Origin: a virus
Taxonomy: Duplodnaviria; Heunggongvirae; Uroviricota; Caudoviricetes
Direction: 5' to 3' (one strand)
DNA: 39,715 bases
IMG/VR virus record: IMGVR_UViG_2541047728_000019
Positions within the stretch are counted from its first letter, which is position 1; the number at the start of each line of letters is the position of its first letter. The notes beneath the pieces were generated by a model that worked only from the letters and a program-made list of their open reading frames with translations, did no database searches and was not told where the DNA came from. The position numbers and the translations under genes are program-made. Below are positions 8,105 through 15,099 of this stretch, piece after piece.

Positions 8105-8797
8105 ATGAATACCAAACCTTCCATCTTTTCCTTTGAGTCATCCTGCCAGATCCGTATGTTCATGATTGACGGAGAACCTTGGTTTGTCACCAAAGATGTG
8201 TGCAATGCTTTGAATATTGATGTTACACAAGCGAGAAAACTTGATAAAAAAGGCTGGAACAAAAAGGGGCTGTATTCAATACAGACCCCTGGTGGAATAC
8301 AAGAACTATCCATCGTTTCAGAATCAGGTCTCTACATCCTTATTCTGCGTTGCAAAGAGGCAATGACTGAGGGAACGAGAGCATTCAGATTTCTTGAATG
8401 GGTTACAGGTGAGGTTCTTCCTCAGATCCGCCGCACCGGAAGTTACATTAAAAACTCGCTCCCGCAGGAAGAACGCATAAAGATGGTTGCCGACCAGGTA
8501 GCCAACGCCACAGCATCAGCAGTGATGCAGGCAATGAAGATAGAGAACAAAACCTACAGTGCCCCACTGAAGCCCGGCTACCGCAGCCTGATTCATTCTC
8601 CGTCTGGTGTTCTCGGCCTGACGGAGCACTCACTGCTGATGAATCTGTTGAACCAGTTACAGGAAGACGGGCACGACGTATCGGGCGCGGCGGCGGAGCT
8701 GACCACCATGTTCTGCTACATCGTCGGTGTGAGCAAATGCCTGCGTGATATCCAGACTCACGCGGAGTACATCAACGACAAGGCAGGGTTCTTCTGA
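8105..8797 (+). CDS. Antirepressor, Bro-N/KilA-N N-terminal domain plus shared Ant C-terminal module
   Basis: Bro-N signature (FVTKDVCNAL...SESGLYILILR...FLEWVTGEVLPQIRRTGSY); start MNTKPS at 8105; C-terminal 77 aa near-identical to the other Ant. Confidence 0.8.
   Translation: MNTKPSIFSFESSCQIRMFMIDGEPWFVTKDVCNALNIDVTQARKLDKKGWNKKGLYSIQTPGGIQELSIVSESGLYILILRCKEAMTEGTRAFRFLEWVTGEVLPQIRRTGSYIKNSLPQEERIKMVADQVANATASAVMQAMKIENKTYSAPLKPGYRSLIHSPSGVLGLTEHSLLMNLLNQLQEDGHDVSGAAAELTTMFCYIVGVSKCLRDIQTHAEYINDKAGFF
8564..8797 (+). repeat. Left arm of a 234-bp inverted repeat (about 95 percent identical to 9689-9922)
   Basis: Codon-by-codon comparison by eye: 11 differences, 10 synonymous; encodes the shared Ant C-terminal module. 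Confidence 0.8.
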
Positions 8798-8868
8798 CGG
8801 CGGCGGCACAGGGATGTGCCTTTAAATAATTCTGTACGATTGCAGACCGGGGGGTGAATAGAGTACTA

Positions 8869-8883
8869 TTACCTTACGGGTGA
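8869..8883. promoter_or_regulatory. Operator-like palindrome TTACC-TTACG-GGTGA (one mismatch)
   Basis: Preceded by TTGCAG-N18-TACTAT, upstream of leader ORF and the 9013 gene. Confidence 0.45.
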
Positions 8884-8920
8884 TCCATAGCGATTAGGCA
8901 CCGATACAGGAGGAGCCCAC

Positions 8921-8953
8921 ATGAGAAAATTTGACGAGTACGAAGGCGTTTAA
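8921..8953 (+). other. Candidate 10-codon leader ORF (MRKFDEYEGV)
   Basis: Strong AGGAGG SD upstream; followed 20 nt later by a terminator-like hairpin. Confidence 0.3.
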
Positions 8954-8972
8954 CATTCGGATAGTTTAATGA

Positions 8973-8997
8973 CGGGGCCATTAGGCCCCGTTTTCAT
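8973..8997 (+). terminator. Terminator/attenuator-like hairpin 15 nt upstream of the 9013 start
   Basis: cggggcc-atta-ggccccg stem then TTTTCAT. Confidence 0.45.
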
Positions 8998-9012
8998 GTC
9001 TGGAGACAGTTT

Positions 9013-9552
9013 GTGTTAAGTGAAGAAATGCAATTTGCCATGGCTGTGGCTCAAATCGTAAGTGCAGTCGCGGTTTCGCTTGGCTTGTTCATAGCTATCG
9101 CTACTATTATTTATAATGTAAATACAGCGAGAAAAGTACACACTTCAGTATTCCTTGGTGAAAGCAGGTTTGATGTAGATTATAAGAAAGGCCTATCTAC
9201 TATGCGCCGCATTCACGAGTCGAACAAATCATTCCGCTCTTATATGTATCCAAGCAATGGGCAGGCTGATCTTACGGATGAAGAAAAGATAGAGAAGAGA
9301 GAAATAATTTACTGTCTAGGTTTCTACGAACGCATGGCTGTGAGCGTGAAGCGGAAAACTTATGATGAGACCATGATTAAGGAAGTATTTTACAGCTCCG
9401 TTGTAAATAACTATCAGATTGCGCTACCTCTTATACAAGCTATTAGAGAAAAAGAAAACATAAACACATATTTTAAAGAATATGAATGGTTGGCCACACG
9501 ATGGAAGGATTGTCCATTGAAGGATAAATCCCCGTGGTACAAGTTTTGGTAA
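9013..9552 (+). CDS. Membrane-anchored protein, unknown function (candidate superinfection-exclusion or abortive-infection factor)
   Basis: GTG start with GGAG SD; N-terminal TM helix then about 150-aa soluble domain; AT-rich relative to neighbours. Confidence 0.6.
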   Translation: MLSEEMQFAMAVAQIVSAVAVSLGLFIAIATIIYNVNTARKVHTSVFLGESRFDVDYKKGLSTMRRIHESNKSFRSYMYPSNGQADLTDEEKIEKREIIYCLGFYERMAVSVKRKTYDETMIKEVFYSSVVNNYQIALPLIQAIREKENINTYFKEYEWLATRWKDCPLKDKSPWYKFW

Positions 9553-9574
9553 GCCCGCGCTGCGGGCTTTTTTG
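9552..9574 (+). terminator. Rho-independent terminator after the 9013 gene
   Basis: agcccgc/gcgggct stem then T-run, directly after stop. Confidence 0.6.
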
Positions 9575-9602
9575 TGTCTGCGGATTCCCGCCCGGGTGGC
9601 GG

Positions 9603-9629
9603 TGGCATTCGTTAAAAACAAGGCCGCGA
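9603..9629 (-). terminator. Rho-independent terminator after the AntA-type antirepressor
   Basis: aggccgc-gaaa-gcggcct stem preceded by A-run on plus strand (U-run on minus transcript). Confidence 0.55.
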
Positions 9630-9688
9630 AAGCGGCCTGTGACATGTCACGCTAGTTTCGTTTTGCACGTCCCTGTGCCGCCGTTCTG

Positions 9689-9922
9689 TCAGAAGAACCC
9701 TGCCTTGTCGTTGATGTATTCCGCGTGCGTCTGGATATCACGCAGGCATTTGCTCACACCAACGATGTAGCAGAACATGGTGGTCAGCTCCGCCGCCGCG
9801 CCCGATACATCGTGCCCGTCTTCCTGTAACTGGTTCAGCAGATTCATCAGCAGTGAGTTCTCCGTCAGGCCGAGAACACCCGACGGCGAATGAATCAGAC
9901 TGCGGTAGCCTGGCTTCAATGG
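9689..9922 (-). repeat. Right arm of the 234-bp inverted repeat
   Basis: Reverse complement aligns to 8564-8797 with about 95 percent identity. Confidence 0.8.
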
Positions 9923-10627
9923 ATAACCATAACATTTTGTCTGTGTTTTAATTGCCTCACGAAGCGCATCTAACATCTTGACTGCCACTTCATCATTCTC
10001 TGATGCAGATCCAGCAGGGAGATACTCCCCTTCAAGCGGAACCCGAGCAACAAGAGACAACGCTTCGGCAAATTGATCTTCACCAATTTCTTTGTACGAA
10101 CAGCCAAAATGAGATTTCAGTGACGACCACATGGTGATCATCGCCTTAGCCTGTTTTTCTTTTGGCAGAGACTGACCGCGACTCATGACGAGTTGTTTAA
10201 TGGCTTCCTGCTGTTCAGTTGTTATTTTACCCGGCAACGCCTTTTTAGCTTTGCGTGGGTTAACCACATGGCCTTTAGTCCAGTACTCGTAGAGCACATC
10301 GTCACACTCTTCCTGATACTGGATTACCTTGTCGCGGATTTCAGGGCGGACTTTGTTAGGGCTGATGCTGTTCAACCAAGCTGCCAATTTTCGTAAAGCC
10401 ATACAAATCATGGCTTGCACCCCACCGGCAGAAGGTATGGTGATTTCCACCATACCCTTCGAGAAGCGTTGAGAAATCTTCTTATGTTGAGATTTCCAGT
10501 CTAGCCCCATTCCCTCAACGATAGGTTTCATTGGGGTATACGGTTCGCCGTTGTGATTGACAACATAAAGCTCTGCGCCGTGGAATGGCACGTTGATAGT
10601 AGATACTGCTGTTGCTATACTCGTCAT
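9689..10627 (-). CDS. ant: Antirepressor, AntA-type N-terminal domain plus shared Ant C-terminal module
   Basis: N-terminal PFHGAELYVVNHNGEPYTPMKPIVEGMGLDW resembles AntA; downstream of Arc-like gene as in P22 immI. Confidence 0.8.
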   Translation of the reverse strand: MTSIATAVSTINVPFHGAELYVVNHNGEPYTPMKPIVEGMGLDWKSQHKKISQRFSKGMVEITIPSAGGVQAMICMALRKLAAWLNSISPNKVRPEIRDKVIQYQEECDDVLYEYWTKGHVVNPRKAKKALPGKITTEQQEAIKQLVMSRGQSLPKEKQAKAMITMWSSLKSHFGCSYKEIGEDQFAEALSLVARVPLEGEYLPAGSASENDEVAVKMLDALREAIKTQTKCYGYPLKPGYRSLIHSPSGVLGLTENSLLMNLLNQLQEDGHDVSGAAAELTTMFCYIVGVSKCLRDIQTHAEYINDKAGFF

Positions 10628-10676
10628 GTCGTTAATTCCTATACGTAGTTTTACGATACTGAAGCCCTGACGGTCT

Positions 10677-10690
10677 GGCCACCGTGGGGC
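10677..10690. promoter_or_regulatory. GC-rich dyad GGCCACCGTGGGGC between arc-like and ant
   Basis: Near-palindrome; second copy at 10882-10896. Confidence 0.35.
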
Positions 10691-10699
10691 TTCGCTGTT

Positions 10700-10867
10700 T
10701 TATGCCACGCTATTCTTCTCACCAGTGAGTCCATACACTTTCCTCAGCTGATAGATAATCTCTGTATTGAACTTTCGGCATTCTTTTTCGCCATTTCTTT
10801 CAATAGCTAACTTCACATCGTCCGGAAAACGAACTCGTCGTTGACACATCTCTTTTGCTTTTTGCAT
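10700..10867 (-). CDS. arc: Arc-like ribbon-helix-helix repressor
   Basis: 55 aa; RVRFPDDVKLAIERNGEKECRKFNTEIIYQLRKVYG parallels P22 Arc; AGGAGA SD before ATG 10867. Confidence 0.7.
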   Translation of the reverse strand: MQKAKEMCQRRVRFPDDVKLAIERNGEKECRKFNTEIIYQLRKVYGLTGEKNSVA

Positions 10868-10881
10868 TTCATATCTCCTTA

Positions 10882-10896
10882 GCCCCACCGTGGGGC
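10882..10896. promoter_or_regulatory. GC-rich dyad GCCCCACCGTGGGGC in the arc/mnt divergent control region
   Basis: Near-perfect palindrome overlapping arc 5' region; further dyads (CACCGTG...CACGGTG) nearby. Confidence 0.4.
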
Positions 10897-10987
10897 AAAA
10901 TAATTGTCACACCGTGCGTCATTGATGTCAAGCACACGGTGAGGCATACTTCAATCATTGCAAGTAACTCAATATTTGGTGAAGAAC

Positions 10988-11419
10988 ATGAGCAGAGAAG
11001 ATCCACAACTAAGGATCAGACTTCCCGTCGAAGTAAAAGAAAAAATAGAAATTTCTGCAAAAGCCAATAAGCGATCAATGAACGCTGAAATAGTACAACG
11101 TCTTGACACCAGCTTTCTGAAAGATATTCATGAAGATGACGTAATTTCTGCTTATGAAGCAAAAATCATTGCAAACAATGCACGACATGAAATATCAAAT
11201 ATTATTTTCAAAAGAACCTTTAATGAAATTAATAAGAAAATAACACTTGGACATACAAGTTTTTATATAAACCTTAATGACCTTGAACTGGAATCACTTG
11301 CAGATAATGATTACCAGATCATCTTTGAAAAAACATTTAATAAGCTCAATGAACTAGGTTACATCATCTGTGAAAACTCATGGGATGCAGATGGTTTTGG
11401 AATTGAAATACCTGAATAG
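10988..11419 (+). CDS. mnt: Mnt-like ribbon-helix-helix repressor with about 95-aa C-terminal extension
   Basis: MSREDPQLRIRLPVEVKEKIEISAKANKRSMNAEIVQRL closely parallels the P22 Mnt N-terminus; divergent from arc-ant; very AT-rich. Confidence 0.7.
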   Translation: MSREDPQLRIRLPVEVKEKIEISAKANKRSMNAEIVQRLDTSFLKDIHEDDVISAYEAKIIANNARHEISNIIFKRTFNEINKKITLGHTSFYINLNDLELESLADNDYQIIFEKTFNKLNELGYIICENSWDADGFGIEIPE

Positions 11420-11482
11420 GAAGAACAAAAGGCGTGTACATATTACACGTCTTTAATACAATTGAAAAACGCCACATTACTG

Positions 11483-12073
11483 ATGTATGTTACAACAAGG
11501 AGCGATATTTTGAAAACCATATCTATATTAAAGGTTGCATTAGGCGTCGCTATTATTTTGACTCTCTCAATATTGTTTTATTTTTACCACAAACAAACTG
11601 CTATTGCTCTTGATAGTCACGCGGCAAACTCATTTTTCTCAGAGTACATAGTGCCGCTATCAGGAAGCGGTATAACAAATAAATATACTGACTATGACAT
11701 CAAATATGGAATTGATGATGGGGAGACTATTGTATTACATGTAATCATTAAAAACCTAATGACAGTAAATAAAAATACAGACTTCAACGATAAAAATACA
11801 ATACATCACAACAACAGCAAAACATTAATTTCTTATAGTAGCAACATCTATACGGATAAATACCTAAAATACATATCAGAAGATACAATAAAAGAAACCC
11901 GCGAAAAGTTAAAAAACATATATTGTGCATCCGGCAGTTTTCACAAATTATCGCCGCAAGAGCGTTTATTCTACGAAGCAAGAAAACAACGTAAGTCAAT
12001 AATATTACATTATTATGCTGATTCAGGGGAGACACTCATATTTAATATTGGGGTTTCCCCTGAATCATGCTAA
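11483..12073 (+). CDS. Membrane-anchored protein, unknown function, at the sieA-equivalent position
   Basis: N-terminal TM helix, Asn/Lys/Tyr-rich soluble domain, very AT-rich; start uncertain (ATG 11483 or TTG 11510 preceded by AAGGAG). Confidence 0.55.
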   Translation: MYVTTRSDILKTISILKVALGVAIILTLSILFYFYHKQTAIALDSHAANSFFSEYIVPLSGSGITNKYTDYDIKYGIDDGETIVLHVIIKNLMTVNKNTDFNDKNTIHHNNSKTLISYSSNIYTDKYLKYISEDTIKETREKLKNIYCASGSFHKLSPQERLFYEARKQRKSIILHYYADSGETLIFNIGVSPESC

Positions 12074-12084
12074 AGGTGTTTAAC

Positions 12085-15000
12085 TCACCGCATCACCGGA
12101 TCCACCTGGTTTATTAGTGGCGCAATCCAGAACAGGTTATTGCCGGGTATCAGGGTTCGGACATTATGCACAATACGATCACCGGCATCACCATTCAACA
12201 CTCCTGCGGTCACATCAATGATGCTATCCGCAAGACCAAATGACGGTCCGAATAGAGATCCTACGAATCCACGACTGGCATACCTAGACTGTGTGCCAGT
12301 GCCAAATAAAGCCCCCAGCCCAACAGCACCACCAGTAGCCTTTTCAGCCATATTGTTATATTCCATCAATGGCCCAAGAATACCGGATCTATCTATACCC
12401 TCAAGCACCAGCTTCTCTGGTGACCAGTCAACATTTTTCCCTTTCGATGCTTCTTTAAGCGCATAGACCAGTGAGCCAAGAGCAATCTGAAATGCAGTGC
12501 CATAATAAAATTGCGCAGTTCCTTCCTGTAACCCACCAAGTAGCGCACGGTTGTATGAAGCCGTTGTGAATGATTTAAACTGAAATATCGTTCGCCCCAT
12601 TGGAGTACTCGCCCATAAAGGTGTGTCACCAATACCGGGGGTGATGATAGTGTTATTAACGTCTTTCAGAACCGCTGACTGGAATACTCCGGCAACGTAC
12701 TGATCGTCCCATTTATCAAAGTTACCAATGTGCCATCCATCAATTACCTCACCATGTTTCTCGAACTCACTGCGAATACGCGCAGCCATATTGTCGTTGA
12801 TACCGAGTTTTGCCATGCGACGTGCAGAAAACGCACCAGACAAAATACCGTCTGACGTGAGCATTCCGTTCATGGATTTGTTTATGTCATTAAATCGATC
12901 CATGAGTGTCAGCTTGCCGAAGGCATCAGTAATTCGCTCCATTCCTGCTTCGACTGCTGTTGTCCTGGAAGAACTGTCAACAAGATCACCAATTGCACGA
13001 GAACGTGAATGTAGTACAGTTTCCAATCCAATCCCCATCTTCAACATCTCTTCTTTGCTGGCCTTAAATGCCGGTGATTGGGATATCTGAGAAGCATAGC
13101 CTTTCATGGAGTTACGGAAACCATTAACCATAACCCCTCTGGCCAGATCTGGAATAGCTGATACTGTCATTCCACCGAGTTTGGTCGTGAAGTTCACATC
13201 CCGCAGAAAAGCGCCAGCACGAACAAAAAACGAAGACGGGTCATCAGGCATACCATATGTACCAACAAGACGATCGCGTAATGCTGTTATGTCTCTGAGA
13301 TCATTTGCTCTTGATTTTGAAAGTCTGGACTGTTCTTTCCGTAATTCCTTTTCGTACTTTCGCATTAATGAATCGAGTTTACCCTGAGGAACAACTTCAC
13401 CATTGCTCTCATAACGTGCTTTCAGATTTGCCACACTTTCGTCATATTTCGCCTTTATTTTTTCAGGCACTTCCCGTAACAGACTGTCATATTCGTCCTC
13501 AATTAATTGCAGACGCTCTGTCATAGTTCGTTTGCCAAATGTTCTCGTCAACTCAATTTCTGCTGCCGCTTCACGGATATGACGTTGTAGAACGTAATTC
13601 ACATCACTTTCGAGATAATCCCTGATAAGACTATCAGGCACATTTAATGTTCTTTCTTTCGTACTACCTGCGGCTTTTACAGAAAATACGCTGACAAAAT
13701 CCTGTGGAACCTTAGCACCAGTAATTTTATTAATTACGATATCCGCTGCAATTTCAGCATCCTCAGGATCCAGTGTTTTATTGCCTCTCGACCACCAGTC
13801 AACCAAAATACGTCGAAATTTATCGCGTTCACTGATTATTTTTCCAACTTTATATATACGTGGGAAATAGCTTGCCTGGCCTAATGCTTTCAGTTCTTCA
13901 TCTGGCGGCAATAAACCAAGCTTTTGCATTTCAACCTTCACCCGATTTAATACAGTTCGCATCGCCTGCGCCGTTTCCTGAACAACAGGATTAGCATGCA
14001 CATCACCGCTTCGCATAGCATTCCCAACCTGCTGACGAAATGAATCAAAACTCATGTCACCACCATCAGCTTTATACTTTGCGTATGCCTGTTTATTTCC
14101 GACAACAACAGCAGCTTCTTCACGCTGCCATCCACGTGTACGGGTTTCTACAGCTACCGGTGTTTCAATCCCCCTTTCATTTCCTTTAAGGGTGAAATTA
14201 TTTTCGGCTAACTCCAGCGTTGTTTTTCGCACTGTCTTGGACGGAGACTCCATTAACCTTGTCAAAGGAGTAAGATAGCTCCCTGCTTTCCATGCAGCCT
14301 TTCCAACCACCCCACCGGAAACAGGGGTTAAATCATCCAGAGTCGCTGTATCAATTTTCATAGCACCAACACTACCACCATCAGAAAGCGAAGCGGCAGC
14401 CCTGTCAGTCGCTGATGTAATGCTCATATTATCAAGAGCATCAGCAACCTCACGCGTGGCTGCAGCCCGGACGGATGGCGAAAGCGCAACACCAGCACTG
14501 GCAAACACGCCGCTCATCATCGCACCCGCTGCAATGTGAGCGGCACTTTCACCCCATGAGCGTGTTATTTGCTGATTATTCAGCACAACCTCGCTTAATG
14601 CTGTACCGGCTGCACCAATCGCAATCTGTGAGCCAATACGCGCCAGTGCCCCTCCTTGAGCACCGGGGATAAACATTGACGCAACAGTAACCGGATCCAT
14701 TCCCGCAGCAATACTGGCAAGGGTTCCAACTACGCCAGCATCAGACAATAAACGTCTGTCTTCATTTTCATCATCTATCTGCTGCTTAATCCACGCCGTT
14801 TCCTCTGGCGATCGGGAATCTGCAAATTTCGCCCCCCAGTATTCATAACCGTGCAACTCATTTTTATCAGCATATGGGTTATAACCTTCGACCGGTTCAA
14901 ACTGTCTGGCTGGTCGGAAAAAACCAGCCAGAATATTGTTCTGTCGCATTGCAGCCCCCCATACGGAAGGCTCCGGTGGCAATGGCTCAGGATTAGCCCC

Positions 15001-15099
15001 TTCCGGAAGGGCAACATCAAACCCAGTTTGTTCCGGCAAAACATTACCTGACGGGATCAGTCCGTTATTAAGATCTTCAGCTTGTGCATAAACTGGCAT
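12085..15099 (-). CDS. Large internal virion / DNA-ejection protein
   Basis: 1004 aa, last of the internal-protein block; start overlaps upstream stop. Confidence 0.75.
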   Translation of the reverse strand: MPVYAQAEDLNNGLIPSGNVLPEQTGFDVALPEGANPEPLPPEPSVWGAAMRQNNILAGFFRPARQFEPVEGYNPYADKNELHGYEYWGAKFADSRSPEETAWIKQQIDDENEDRRLLSDAGVVGTLASIAAGMDPVTVASMFIPGAQGGALARIGSQIAIGAAGTALSEVVLNNQQITRSWGESAAHIAAGAMMSGVFASAGVALSPSVRAAATREVADALDNMSITSATDRAAASLSDGGSVGAMKIDTATLDDLTPVSGGVVGKAAWKAGSYLTPLTRLMESPSKTVRKTTLELAENNFTLKGNERGIETPVAVETRTRGWQREEAAVVVGNKQAYAKYKADGGDMSFDSFRQQVGNAMRSGDVHANPVVQETAQAMRTVLNRVKVEMQKLGLLPPDEELKALGQASYFPRIYKVGKIISERDKFRRILVDWWSRGNKTLDPEDAEIAADIVINKITGAKVPQDFVSVFSVKAAGSTKERTLNVPDSLIRDYLESDVNYVLQRHIREAAAEIELTRTFGKRTMTERLQLIEDEYDSLLREVPEKIKAKYDESVANLKARYESNGEVVPQGKLDSLMRKYEKELRKEQSRLSKSRANDLRDITALRDRLVGTYGMPDDPSSFFVRAGAFLRDVNFTTKLGGMTVSAIPDLARGVMVNGFRNSMKGYASQISQSPAFKASKEEMLKMGIGLETVLHSRSRAIGDLVDSSSRTTAVEAGMERITDAFGKLTLMDRFNDINKSMNGMLTSDGILSGAFSARRMAKLGINDNMAARIRSEFEKHGEVIDGWHIGNFDKWDDQYVAGVFQSAVLKDVNNTIITPGIGDTPLWASTPMGRTIFQFKSFTTASYNRALLGGLQEGTAQFYYGTAFQIALGSLVYALKEASKGKNVDWSPEKLVLEGIDRSGILGPLMEYNNMAEKATGGAVGLGALFGTGTQSRYASRGFVGSLFGPSFGLADSIIDVTAGVLNGDAGDRIVHNVRTLIPGNNLFWIAPLINQVDPVMR

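Noticed and set aside
7749-8313. ORFs 7749..7958 (+) and 7966..8313 (-) as genes
   Set aside because: They lie in the operator/leader region and overlap the antirepressor 5' end; no RBS, unusual composition; more likely chance ORFs.
8564-9922. Inverted repeat as a site-specific DNA inversion switch (Gin/Hin/Cin type)
   Set aside because: No serine or tyrosine recombinase gene nearby, arms are 234 bp of coding sequence rather than short crossover sites, and inversion would not change either Ant product. Homologous-recombination flipping is still possible.
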